This document shows, in pieces, positions 25,986 to 40,500 of a DNA stretch of 64,000 bases. Every line of letters begins with the position of its first letter. Position 1 is the stretch's first letter. The notes below the pieces were generated by a model, which was not told the DNA's origin, searched no databases, and saw nothing but the letters and a program-made list of their open reading frames with translations. The DNA lies in assembly GCA_965644265.1 (NCBI GenBank), contig OZ286465.1, forward strand, positions 22,444,001 through 22,508,000. The letters run 5' to 3'. This DNA is from Glycera tridactyla. Lineage: Eukaryota. The position numbers and the translations under genes are program-made.

Positions 25986-28900
25986 GACAAATCTGAATAA
26001 TGACATCTTTCCATCATAGTAAAACATTCAACATTTAACATACAGATATCAAAATAAACAGATTCAGTTCCTTTTTTATACATGACTCTCATAATATAGT
26101 GAGATGACTAGTATGGTACACACAAGCCACCAAAAAAGACGACTGCCGGATGATGGCAGCATTGACTCAGAACAAAGCAACACACTTTAATGGTATACTA
26201 CACAAAGATGGCCACCAGAACTCTGCTGCCATACCCAAATAACCCACTGTATACTCTTAACTTGTACATAGGACAGTATCGATGATCATGATTTGCTCTC
26301 TCTGATTATATTGATAATTTTGGACAGTAAACGTAATATGAATATGAGGTAAGTTGGCTTATCCTGCAGAAATTGACACGAAAGTGCTGACTGGTTTCTG
26401 ATTGTCCTCTTATACTGACTAGCTACCAAGCAATCTTTGTCATGAAATTCAAATTCTGGCATTATACCTTGTGGTCGTGCATTACAGATGTTCTACTGAG
26501 ACCTTCTCCGTCTTGATTGCATTCTACCCAAAGAGAATATCCTTTGTATTGTGATAAGATACCGTTGGTTGGTTTGTTAGAGTTTAATGGCATGAATCAA
26601 GCTGATGGTTATGTATGCCATGCCTTCCAGACCTACTGGGGGTCTCGGCATTGTCACTTGCAGAGACCCTGAACACAAGAGAGTAGGGAAACAGAAAATC
26701 TGTCAGCATCATTGGTTAAAATAGCAGTGATCCGAGCAACCATGCCTGATTCTTCTCTGTTCAAATGCATGACATGGAGTCATGAAGTGGTTCCGGCTGA
26801 ACAACAGACTGGTATAATACAAATTCTACAAATAACAGTACAAACTCATATTTACTCAAATATAAACTGACATGGGCCAGGCATACAAGCACCTTTGTTC
26901 ATGAAAAACAAAATACTGATAATATAATGTGCAAATCATTAAATGAACAGACTGAAGATAACAAAGAAAAACATTCACCTGACATCAGATGATGTGAATG
27001 CGAAGGCAAATAAAGCAACTGAACAATCAGAAAGCGGAAATGTTGATAAATTGAAGCTACATTCTGAATATGATGCCACATATTCTTAAAAATCATCTGT
27101 TCTGAAACATCCAGCCAGATGGCACCTGAGGACACAAAACAGGTGGACACATGAAGCAAGTGGTTGACAGCCACCATGCCCCTAATCTAAAAGCCGTCAG
27201 GAAGACTCAATTGGATCTCAAAAAATCCATCCAGTTGTGACCTGTTGCGCAATTATTATTTCACATTTCAATTGTTATCATTCGAAATCAGACATGGTCC
27301 CAGCCATGGATGTATGTTGCCATAATTCCTCAGTGGGTTACCAAAAGGGAGAAGTTTTGCCATCTCACAGGTCCATTTCATGTAATCAATGATACAAAAA
27401 AATCCCAAACAAACAATTTCTCACTATCTTCATCAAACTGTCCTTCGATTTATCTATTTCTATATGCATTTATCTGTTCATCTATTCATCATCATCAATT
27501 TTTTGAAATGTCATCTTTCCATGGTGATGCAACAGTGAACTGAATTACGATTTTAATATCATTAGGAGAAACAAAAAAACATTAATAAATAATCAGGATA
27601 ATTGTTTCGCCTAACCAGACATTTACTTGTACACGCCAATCCACATACAGCTAGCAATTGGTCATAAATTTCAATGGCAAGTTATATGAAACTGTTGTCA
27701 ACTCTTATGTTCTCTCATGACAGAGAATGTCACGAGGTCATCAAAAGACAGCGATGCAAGCAGACACATTTCACTGCAACTTGAATTATTTAGAACAAGT
27801 AACAATACCCTTGTATATCCCACAACACTCACATAATACATGGACAACTGCACATTCCATATTATTCATCGACTGTCTTGTCCTGCTATGAACACTGTAA
27901 TCGTTCGAATATACACATTTCAGTGATTGACATTCCAGTCCCATATTTGTGACCAGTATTTTTCTTTAATACACTTTGTGGATCAGTTGATTTCACACCT
28001 GAACTGGCCCATTGCAAAACTATCACTTCTCTCTCCATCAGGTTGGTTTCTCCAATCTCACTCATCATTCAAAAAGAGAAATCCACTTTTGACATAGACA
28101 GAGAAAACAGTGCGAGAGTCATTTGCCTTTATCCATCAAAATCTGCCACTATTACTTATGATGTTCCCTCAGATTGTGCAGTGAGTAAACTTTGGTTTCG
28201 ATTCTGTCAACTTGATGCAGATTTGATGCATTTTCTTTCATCATACCGAGCTGATATGCTCCCTCTTCTAGAGATCCTATGCTGCTTACAACCTTACACG
28301 ATTCCATAGAGGTTATTCCTAAGTGACAATAATAAATGGTGTGATCTTATAGCACGTTTAAAAAGCAAGATTCAGCCATGGCCCATATTGCCACTGTACT
28401 GTAAGTGTGATTATGCAAGCACCCATCTATCACTCACACACATGCTCAAGCACACACGATTGCACGCATACCCTCACGCTCAAGCTCACACTTGTATACA
28501 CACCTTCACAATGTCTATGTACAGTTCTACGTATGATGATGGGTTTTGGCAGTGAAATACACACATGGCATGAAAACATGGGGGACCAGTGAAAATAATG
28601 GACTCATGACTACAACTAGCGCCATCTCTAGACCAAGCAGCATAATTAATCTCTCCTCAGTCCCACCATTAGATGGCGCTTTCATAAAGCTAATACAGGA
28701 ACAAAATCTGACTAAAGTGTGTACCACATGCATAGTTGAAGCACAGTTTCAAAAAATATAAGGCAACTTTATTTCAAAAAATATGATAGTGAGTATATTT
28801 TCCGTGAGTGCTGAATAGAACACCAAGATGCCAGTGACAAATGTATATCTAAATATAGTTGTTTTGATTGCATGTCAAATCGAAAAGAGATATCATCAAG

Positions 28901-30346
28901 GATCCTTACTGTCTTCCAGATAAACAATATGCAAACATCACTGTTCTGGAGCGAAGTAGATAATCAAAGCATATCTTAAGAGAAACTAGAGATTGCTTGC
29001 AAGTCAAGAATTTACTTGCTCAAACAGAGAGGATTTTGTGGTCAAGTATACACATATGAGTACACCCATTCGCGAATACCTCATCATAAAATTAACAGAT
29101 CGGATAGGAACGAATCATGAAATTTCTTGAGCTTCGGTCCAAGAATGAGTATTCACCACCATCCATACATGCACAATCAGCCATTGTTACACGAGTGGCT
29201 GATACCATGACTCGGGATCCTATTCAGCACAAACAAAATACTATGACTCATCAACAGAAACCATGCTAGATGCACAATGAAGCAAACGTCAGATCAAAAC
29301 TAAAGGGCCAAAGTGTCAATTCCCGGACATCAATTCTTTTCCAATCATGGTGACAATGCCTGGAGTATCTTGGCAGGCATGCAATCATCTACCGACCACT
29401 GCATGCTTGACAAGAAGCATCATTCACCACCAGGATTTGCAGAAAACAAGCGATGGCTAAGAATTCACTCTTAGGCCAACTAAAGGTGCATTGTCACTTG
29501 CTTTGCTCTCGGCCGTTTCTACACAGCATCAATGCTCCTAACAAGTCCACCTTGAATAGCAGAAATTTTTACGTGGTCCAACATCGACCAATATCAGTCA
29601 TTTTCCTATCTCAGATCTGGTAATGTCTGCTTCCTTTGGTTTGTGTATGAGACGGGCTGACCTCTTGCCCCCCGACTATGACTGCTCCAGCTTCTGTCAG
29701 ACCAGGACGTCTCAAAGTTACGCACACAAACACGAAATTGAATACGAGTCAAAACAGCACGAAGCAAATCCAGCACATGCCACCGGTTAAGTGTTCATTG
29801 CAGATTCCTGTGATGTTTTCTTTCGCTCAATGATTTGAAGATCCAGTCCTGGCAGGTACATTTCGGGGTTTAACCCACATGATGGATTTGAAGGTCCGGG
29901 AGGTCCCCTGAGAGCTGCTTAATCCCTGTCGATTCGAAACTGGCTAGCACCTTCTGACCAAGATGACCTGACATTGTTACATTATCACAAATGCCTGAAA
30001 TATTTTCACGGTCAATGAACGAAGGAACACTAGCGATTATCTCGAAGCCATCTGATGAACCGGCACTTCCAATCTCTCGATTCCTACGGAAAATAATGGT
30101 GCTTGTCGACCTCTGAACCACCACGAATGACCATGAAGACTGCAGCTTCCAGAAATGAAACAGACCTCCATATTGCACTTGTTTCTGTGTCTAGATTGGC
30201 ACATGTCACTGGAGCAGGTTGCAAGCATTTTGTCACACTGGCACACATCCACGCAAGCAGATACATTGATGTAGACTCAACCACGAAAACAGCATCTGCT
30301 TCGGACACTCAATAATATCAAGGGGGGCCACAGAGTGGATGGTGTA

Positions 30347-30569
30347 TTATACAAAAGTGGAGAGTGCAGACGGGGAGGCGGCATCGGGCTCTTTCTCTTC
30401 TTTCTTCGTCTTGCCGCCGTACTGGCCAATAAAGGACCCGTCCTCGTTGAACTTACCCGGGTCCACCTCCGTGTCGTAATCGGCCATACTGTCTTCGTCG
30501 CTTCCGCCCATTGATCCCAGGCCACCACTCTCCACGGACCCTTGACTCTTCTTGAAGTCAGGCTCATCA
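30347..30569 (-). CDS. Nrg: Duplicated L1-family terminal exon, unit III (intact; usage unknown)
   Basis: Same 223-nt exon, same acceptor and stop, identical protein. Confidence 0.75.
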
Positions 30570-30977
30570 CTGAAAACACATCAGAAACACCACACACATG
30601 AATATAAAGCATTTCCGAGGTCATACTACCCAAAAAGCACCGCTGCATGAGAAAGGACCTGCAACTTGAAGGCCAGCTCCTCTTGAGTCATCAAATCTTC
30701 ACATGGCGATCACTATTCGGTCTCTTATTCAATCCATGTTCTATCGGGCAGAGACCACGATCATGAAAAATAATCATGAGAAAGACAAGCAAAAGTAGCA
30801 ACTAATTGGTTGGCTCTCTAAACATGAAAAGCAATTTGACGTCATCATCATGTCTGGATGCTGTTCCAAACATCATTGTCGCAAGAGCTATTCCTCAGCT
30901 ATCTCATCGGGTCCATGTTGTACAGCTCATGAAGAAATGGGCATTCTTTCGATATCAACAGCAGAGGACAGTGTAAA

Positions 30978-31193
30978 TATGCCTATTAGACTGTCGGTTT
31001 CGTTGAGTACGGCCAGGCTGTTGAGCACTTTTCGTATTCGGGTGGCACTCAACACTTTTTCATTGCATACAAATCTCAACGGTCATTTGACTACGTTGAA
31101 CTCGTTAAACGAAACCTATTCGGGTGGGCTACGACCGTTAGGTAAATTTCCGTCAATGCACTTTCAACGAGACCTACCAGTCGAATAGGCCTA
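30978..31193. mobile_element. MITE (family 1, junction copy 'B') at the unit III/IV boundary
   Basis: Matches 7817-8032 by eye. Confidence 0.75.
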
Positions 31194-31542
31194 ATGACAA
31201 CGACAACGACGAAGTCACGGTCAAGGTCAGGTCAGCCTGAGCCAATAAGCGATTGGTAGACCAAGAACTATAATGGGAAATGAAATCTAGAGCACTGCCA
31301 TCCTGGTGATTATGTGGAATAGAAACCTTACTATGTGTATAATAGAAGTACATGTCTGCTTGGTTCAAACAATGAGCAGCAACTTGTATCGGCAGCTTGT
31401 ATTCATGCGCCAGTGATGCAGTTCCCCTCACTCGAGTAAACACCACCATCACCTACATAACTCCAACTACACCACCACGTTCCACCTACACCAGTATCAC
31501 CTTTGTGGTGCTCCATTGGCAACAGTTGAATCCAACCCATGG

Positions 31543-31737
31543 TATCTAGGGGTGCAACTCCATGAAAAAATGAACTGGAACACACACATAGATTACATTT
31601 GCAGCAGGGCCAGTAGAGTGTTATGCATACTCAGACGCAATATTGGTGCTTGCAGTCCAGAACTGAAACTTTTATCATATATGATCCTAGTACGACCAAT
31701 ACTAGAGTACAGATCTAGGGCATGGGATCCTCACACT
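31543..31737 (+). mobile_element. LINE ORF2 fragment (array copy)
   Basis: Identical translation to 8382-8576. Confidence 0.85.
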
Positions 31738-32487
31738 TTGGAGTTTGGAGTCGTGTCGACTGATACCGAAAACAATTGTCGATTGGAATAACATAAATAG
31801 CATTCAGCTAATTACATGGTTCAGTGCTAAAAACAAAGGGAATGCATGGTGTGATGTCATCAAGTCATCTGATTAATTCCATGCACACTCCAATGCCCAC
31901 TGCCAGTTCTGAAAGCAGCCTGATCATGATCACTGCCTGGTCATGTTCTATGGACAGGGCTGGCTGGTCCAGGGCATGTCGCAATGTCAGCATTTTCACT
32001 TATTCAGTCTCATATAACCCAAGGCGGTTGAGAGGACGTTAGACTCAAACAGGCAAATGAACAGTCCACCTCCTAGCATTCGTTCGCTACGGTGAATCAT
32101 TCAAAATAGGTGAATCTTCCCAAATTTTCTTAAGAGTGCGAACACACCGAGTCCATGCTGTTGCTGCTGGGTGGCTTGTGATCCAGTTAACCATGTTACC
32201 AGATTTTTTTTGCTAAGCATAAATCAGCATTCGATAGTTTGGCATACCAAATTTGACTAATAAATGCTCATAATGAGGTCGATCCCGTATTGGTTGTATG
32301 AAGAAATAAAACAACTTTGATATCTATACGTTTGCTTATACATTGGATATTCTGGTACAAAATCTGCTCCTGTACAAATTCAATATGCAGGACAAAGTAG
32401 GGTCAGGCTCAGTGATGCAATCAAACCAAGATGATCCCCACCTATTTCAGTGTAAAATGCTACTCTAGTCTAGATGTCCTAGTAAGG

Positions 32488-32762
32488 TAGAGTGGACCTA
32501 TGTACAGAGACCACTCCTGGTTGCATTGAAAAGTGGTTTTTGGGGACAGGTGGTCTTTGAATAGAGGTCATTTTGAGGATATCATATTGCAACTCAGGGT
32601 GGTTCATCTTTGTAGGTAGGAGGCGATCTCTCGAGCAGGTTTGACTGTACAGGCATTGTGCCAGTGATAGAGGTTGTTTTCCGTAAAGAATAATGTCATG
32701 TTGCAACTCAGGGTGATCCATCTTTGCAGGTAGGAGGTGATCTCTCGAGCAGGTCTGACTGT
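32488..32762. mobile_element. Degenerate MITE family 2 (array copy)
   Basis: Copy of 9327-9606 lacking a 5-bp ctcta. Confidence 0.6.
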
Positions 32763-35700
32763 TCAGACAGTAACAGAGATCTTACTCGGCAACCAAATCT
32801 TGTGATACATCAGCACAACAGTACCTTCATGAGAATGTGGATTGATCAGTTACTTACCATCTTCTTTGCACCACCAGGGCTATACTGTGGCACTCATGCT
32901 ATTTGAATGTGTGAAATCTAGTTGCTCAAGTCACTGATACTGCCTCTTGGGCCCTCAATGGATTTAGAGGTAAGAGTTCGTAATTATGAAGAAGAGAAGC
33001 GTATTTGGAGTGGTAAACCACAAACTGCTGACAACATGATTCAATATCTATTGACCCTATTCTCACAGCCGGTTCACTGAATGGTGTTTCGGCAACCTGA
33101 CACAGGGCTCCTTCTCAGATGGGTGACCGAAATGGACAAGGTTCACCATTCAGTAACATACCTGCACACAGATCTATAGGATCTGCACTTCTTGCACAGG
33201 AGGTACTTGCATGTGTGTGGACAGCACTGAATGGGACCCTCACATTAGTTCACTCAGGTGTGAATAGGTACTTGGTATGTTTGTTTGTTTGTTATATGTT
33301 GTCACGATACAAAGGGTGAATATGTCTTATTTTCCCTCATGGGGAAAAACTCATGAGTTAGTAGATTCAGTTCCATCTTCTCTATCTTCTATGATGTTGT
33401 GTATTCATTTATCATTGTGGAGAATTCTGTAGTTGTCCTGTTTCTATAATTTAGACTTTGTCACATTTGGTATACCCTGTCCATGTATTATGAGGATAGG
33501 CAATCTTGGTTTCTGTTCCTGTTTTAGGTTGCCAGGCATCTTCATCAGCAGGTTTTCCCTGGATGTCTTGGAAACTTGGTTTGGGAGCAAGCTCTAGCGT
33601 TTCTTGTTCGTATCCCTGTTCTTCCAGCTATATCATTATCATACTGCGATGTTACATGAAATTTGTTTTTATAGTTCCTTGTAGGCTCAGAAATTGGCTG
33701 TATAGGAGGGCACTGATCCAGTGTCATATGTGCTTCATGCTGCAGCCCCTTGGATGTTTGTTCCATTCTAACATGAACTCAAGTCCAATGGCCCCAAATG
33801 CAGCAGGGTGTCCAGTTGCAGCTAACAATTGTTGACGTTTTGCAAGAGAATGCATGCTGCTGTCAATCAAGCAGCAAGGGCTATTGGAATCTGTTTGTAA
33901 AGAATATCACATAGCTCTCAATGTACCTTATTCAGATCTCTACTGGTCCTCCGAAGAGAATTATTCGAGAAACTTCAAAATTCGGCCTCGAATTAAATTC
34001 ATGGGATAAGGTTCTTGATGCCCGTGCAATTGGTATGGATTTGGATCATTCAAGACTTCTCCATCTGGGTCCCCATTGGTTGTTGAAATTCTACTATCAA
34101 ATTCATCCAGTGCAATTATTGTGATCAGGCCTGATTGCCAGAAGAAAAAAGGAAGATGATGCTTATACAATTCCCAACATGTCATTTCACACACTCATAC
34201 CTTGGAAGAGAACAAGAAAGACATACACTGCCTATTTTGATACATGAAATTTTATTCAACATACATCAGTGGCATACAAAATAACGAGGAAAGCTTTAAT
34301 CAAAGTCCTTCTCTTGGAAGGACAGGAGGATTCATTACAAACTTATGTGAAACTCAAAAAATGTGTTCAACTGTAACATAAACCCTGATGACAAGATGGT
34401 TCGTGATTCGATCCATTGCTGAAAGAAGTTCACTTCACTCTATAATCCTATGGCATGAAGCTTTCACATCTATCATAGGATCATGATCGAGTTGAGTTCA
34501 TCCAGCAAAGGATGAATCGGATGCTGGGCATCAGGCGGTTGATGGGGATGCAGGTGAAGGTGATGCCATCAGTGAATGCCACCAGATACACATCAAGCCA
34601 ACTAATGATGACGAGTATTGGGAATGAGATACAATGGCACCTGTTCATCAATAAATAATCATATGAGTATTATAGCAACTTGAATGTCAGTTGTTAACTC
34701 GGATGAGCAGTGTCACTATCTTATCAAAACAGATATACCCATAAGCAATAAGTTGAACAAAAATATTTGCAATACTGATAATGAATTTGAGATGGCTGAG
34801 GTCCTCACCAAGGTGGTGTGTCTGAGTGGCAAATCACTGAAGGGAGATGACTATGGCTTATGCCATCCAAGGATGCAATTGGTTTGGGGCCACAAATGGT
34901 GCATTGTCGGCTAGCAACGACCCGTAACCTGCCCCACACCAAATATTTAGTGGAATAATGATGCCAAGGCTTGATCCACATCATCCGCAGCTTAAAGGAA
35001 GTCAGTGTATTAGCTGATGCACCAAATGCCCAACAACCAGTTCCAAAACAATCACACAATCAAATGTAAGGATAGAGGTGAATATTGATAACTAGAATAA
35101 GAATTGAAAGATATGGAATTACACCAATATCGAACCTATTGCGACTCACCCATCCAAAAGTAATGATTCTCTTCCATGGCTGATTTTGAAATGATTCTCT
35201 TGCATGGCTGATTTTCACCAACAGTCAACACAATTACTAGGAGGCCATGATGTGAAACCTCTTGCCAATTAGCGTCAGCAAGAGTAGGCTGACCACTTGT
35301 ATTCTCTCATTAACATGGTCAGAATTACGTCTAGTTATTCATTGCTCTAAAAACCATATGGCTTATTCCCACTTGTCTTCTCTTATATTGATAATCAGAA
35401 TTAATGTCCAGCTTTCCATTGCTTTCAAATCCAAAGGCTTATTTCCACTTGTCTTCACTCATTAAGATAGTCAGAATTAATGTCCAGCTTTCCATTGCTT
35501 TGAAATCGAAACCGAGGAAGCAGTGTCACTGCATTAAAATCATATGCTCTTATGGACCAAACTCAATTATTAGACTATCTGGCTTCAAACTTTTATGGAA
35601 TGATGCTCACAGCACAGAGGATGATTAAACAGACAATGTTTGAGACTTCCAAACGGCTAGAGATGGCACCAAAGCTCTTGCAAAGCATTATCCCTTTCTC

Positions 35701-37534
35701 ATTCTGACCCTTGTTTGGTTAGGGGATTAATGGCTTGTATCAACATGAAGGATTATGTATGCTCAGTGTTCTATGAAAGCTGGATGCTCTACAGGCATCA
35801 TTCTCAATCTAATAATCAGTGTATTACCTCTGATACATTCATCTTCAACAGTGAAGAGGGCAACCAAATCCAACTGTGCATCGGACAACATGTACACCAC
35901 CATTGACTATCAAAAGCTATCCACTAGTCGCTCACAAGCAGATCTGCCTCCCAACATTGATTAACAAAGCATCAAAATGGGATTCAGGAGAAAGAGGACA
36001 CGGTAAAAATTATCACAAATATGATAAACATAATTTGGGTTAAAGATTTTAGTGTGGCATTACATGGATTGAGAAGACAAATGAAATACACCTTCAATCC
36101 ATGCTCGATTTTGTAAGTTGGTGAACGAAACAACGCACAGAAGAGGAGGAAGGTGAAAAACACACTCAAGCCGATTTGAATCAAAATACAGTATTCCCTA
36201 GATGATAAGTATGTGTACACATTTCTTGAGGACAGTGGCTGGCTCTCTCTTACATGCACATGCATGCAATGGTATCATAACAAGGTGCTTGATATGGTCT
36301 GTTGTCTTGCAATCAGACCAGCGTTCAGCGAAAAAGAATGGGCCACAAGCAATGTACTCTCAGTATACAGCCAAATACATAGACATCATTATGACTGCAA
36401 TGTTCTTCACTCCACACACCCACGCACTAGCTGTCATATATATTTATATTCAAAAGCCACATATCTGTTCCACACTTGCACACAATATGGAGTAAGCACA
36501 AATTTTATTTTCAACAAGTGAAAGCATCGGATTAAGTGCGGGTGGATGCACCACTCGCAAAGACTCACTTTGCAAGAATAAATACAGCTATCCTAATCAA
36601 GCTCATACTCTGTGACTCAAGCACTCATCAAGATTCCCACATTACACGGCTCACCCTAGAAGTGTCTATGGTAAATTAAGACATCAATAAACCCAGCAAA
36701 CTGAAACCACAGATTGATTGAAACATCACCTACGGCCAACAATCCTTATCATCAATACATCTTGTTACCCAAAACTAGCACTATATTATCATAGCCAGCT
36801 CAACAAGATTATCCTCCAGATATTGGAAAACCATGTTTGATTAACTCATGTGATGGTTACTACCATAGTATTCAAACCATACCAAGGCAATGATTATTAT
36901 TGCAATGACTGGAAACTATGATGATTGCACTAAATCTTGAAACCATAGTAATCATACCGGAGTGATATAGTAACTACATATACTGTTACCATGCTGTTTT
37001 TGCGCAACTAGCATGGGCTATGTTGGACACTTTTTTTTACTGACCATCTCTCCTGTACTGACCTGTCAGAATCACAGGGAATAATCATCCCAATCCAAGG
37101 TCTAGATTCTTCACAACATTGTGGGATTGGTGGCTTAAACATTAGAGGGCGCCCATTACAAACATGCTTTTTTGTGGCTGCATATTTGATGCTGATAGTA
37201 GGTGATATTGCATTCCATATGGTCTGACTTTACTGGGTTTAACAGTCGTCAAGTGAAACAATAATTAGCAGTGTTCCAATCCGATGACGATTCAGACAAC
37301 ACTCCAAGAGTCAAGATGTCCCCATAAACAAAGTGAACATGATACAATGGCTCGTCACTAGCTGCAAGACACAAACTGTACACACACTTGGACTCAGACA
37401 TATACTCACTCATGAATACATGCACACACACACACAAACACACACACACACACACACACTCAGCTCACTCCGATGCACCAACCACACCAAAGATACTATA
37501 ATAAGCAGCCATGTTCATACAGTCTAACCAGAGA

Positions 37535-40500
37535 CACTGGTCGGACAAACATCTTTTATTGACAAATCTGAATAATGACATCTTTCCATCATAGTAAAAC
37601 ATTCAACATTTAACATACAGATATCAAAATAAACAGATTCAGTTCCTTTTTTATACATGACTCATAATATAGTGAGATGACTAGTATGGTACACACAAGC
37701 CACCAAAAAAGACGACTGCCGGATGATGGCAGCATTGACTCAGAACAAAGCAACACACTTTAATGGTATACTACACAAAGATGGCCACCAGAACTCTGCT
37801 GCCATACCCAAATAACCCACTGTATACTCTTAACTTGTACATAGGACAGTATCGATGATCATGATTTGCTCTCTCTAATTATATTGATAATTTTGGACAG
37901 TAAACGTAATATGAATATGAGGTAAGTTGGCTTATCCTGCAGAAATTGACACGAAAGTGCTGACTGGTTTCTGATTGTCCTCTTATACTGACTAGCTACC
38001 AAGCAATCTTTGTCATGAAATTCAAATTCTGGCATTATACCTTGTGGTCGTGCATTACAGATGTTCTACTGAGACCTTCTCCGTCTTGATTGCATTCTAC
38101 CCAAAGAGAATATCCTTTGTATTGTGATAAGATACCGTTGGTTGGTTTGTTAGAGTTTAATGGCATGAATCAAGCTGATGGTTATGTATGCCATGCCTTC
38201 CAGACCTACTGGGGGTCTCGGCATTGTCACTTGCAGAGACCCTGAACACAAGAGAGTAGGGAAACAGAAAATCTGTCAGCATCATTGGTTAAAATAGCAG
38301 TGATCCGAGCAACCATGCCTGATTCTTCTCTGTTCAAATGCATGACATGGAGTCATGAAGTGGTTCCGGCTGAACAACAGACTGGTATAATACAAATTCT
38401 ACAAATAACAGTACAAACTCATATTTACTCAAATATAAACTGACATGGGCCAGGCATACAAGCACCTTTGTTCATGAAAAACAAAATACTGATAATATAA
38501 TGTGCAAATCATTAAATGAACAGACTGAAGATAACAAAGAAAAACATTCACCTGACATCAGATGATGTGAATGCGAAGGCAAATAAAGCAACTGAACAAT
38601 CAGAAAGCGGAAATGTTGATAAATTGAAGCTACATTCTGAATATGATGCCACATATTCTTAAAAATCATCTGTTCTGAAACATCCAGCCAGATGGCACCT
38701 GAGGACACAAAACAGGTGGACACATGAAGCAAGTGGTTGACAGCCACCATGCCCCTGATCTAAAAGCCGTCAGGAAGACTCAATTGGATCTCAAAAAATC
38801 CATTCAGTTGTGACCTGTTGCGCAATTATTATTTCACATTTCAATTGTTATCATTCGAAATCAGACATGGTCCCAGCCATGGATGTATGTTGCCATAATT
38901 CCTCAGTGGGTTACCAAAAGGGAGAAGTTTTGCCATCTCACAGGTCCATTTCATGTAATCAATGATACAAAAAAATCCCAAACAAACAATTTCTCACTAT
39001 CTTCATCAAACTGTCCTTCGATTTATCTATTTCTATATGCATTTATCTGTTCATCTATTCATCATCATCAATTTTTTGAAATGTCATCTTTCCATGGTGA
39101 TGCAACAGTGAACTGAATTACGATTTTAATATCATTAGGAGAAACAAAAAAACATTAATAAATAATCAGGATAATTGTTTCGCCTAACCAGACATTTACT
39201 TGTACACGCCAATCCACATACAGCTAGCAATTGGTCATAAATTTCAATGGCAAGTTATATGAAACTGTTGTCAACTCTTATGTTCTCTCATGACAGAGAA
39301 TGTCACGAGGTCATCAAAAGACAGCGATGCAAGCAGACACATTTCACTGCAACTTGAATTATTTAGAACAAGTAACAATACCCTTGTATATCCCACAACA
39401 CTCACATAATACATGGACAACTGCACATTCCATATTATTCATCGACTGTCTTGTCCTGCTATGAACACTGTAATCGTTCGAATATACACATTTCAGTGAT
39501 TGACATTCCAGTCCCATATTTGTGACCAGTATTTTTCTTTAATACACTTTGTGGATCAGTTGATTTCACACCTGAACTGGCCCATTGCAAAACTATCACT
39601 TCTCTCTCCATCAGGTTGGTTTCTCCAATCTCACTCATCATTCAAAAAGAGAAATCCACTTTTGACATAGACAGAGAAAACAGTGCGAGAGTCATTTGCC
39701 TTTATCCATCAAAATCTGCCACTATTACTTATGATGTTCCCTCAGATTGTGCAGTGAGTAAACTTTGGTTTCGATTCTGTCAACTTGATGCAGATTTGAT
39801 GCATTTTCTTTCATCATACCGAGCTGATATGCTCCCTCTTCTAGAGATCCTATGCTGCTTACAACCTTACACGATTCCATAGAGGTTATTCCTAAGTGAC
39901 AATAATAAATGGTGTGATCTTATAGCACGTTTAAAAAGCAAGATTCAGCCATGGCCCATATTGCCACTGTACTGTAAGTGTGATTATGCAAGCACCCATC
40001 TATCACTCACACACATGCTCAAGCACACACGATTGCACGCATACCCTCACGCTCAAGCTCACACTTGTATACACACCTTCACAATGTCTATGTACAGTTC
40101 TACGTATGATGATGGGTTTTGGCAGTGAAATACACACATGGCATGAAAACAGACATAGGGGGACCAGTGAAAATAATGGACTCATGACTACAACTAGCGC
40201 CATCTCTAGACCAAGCAGCATAATTAATCTCTCCTCAGTCCCACCATTAGATGGCGCTTTCATAAAGCTAATACAGGAACAAAATCTGACTAAAGTGTGT
40301 ACCACATGCATAGTTGAAGCACAGTTTCAAAAAATATAAGGCAACTTTATTTCAAAAAATATGATAGTGAGTATATTTTCCGTGAGTGCTGAATAGAACA
40401 CCAAGATGCCAGTGACAAATGTATATCTAAATATAGTTGTTTTGATTGCATGTCAAATCGAAAAGAGATATCATCAAGGATCCTTACTGTCTTCCAGATA

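Larger units (their letters stand above)
19403..30977. repeat. Array unit III (11575 bp)
   Basis: Runs from the MITE start at 19403 to the MITE start at 30978. Confidence 0.92.
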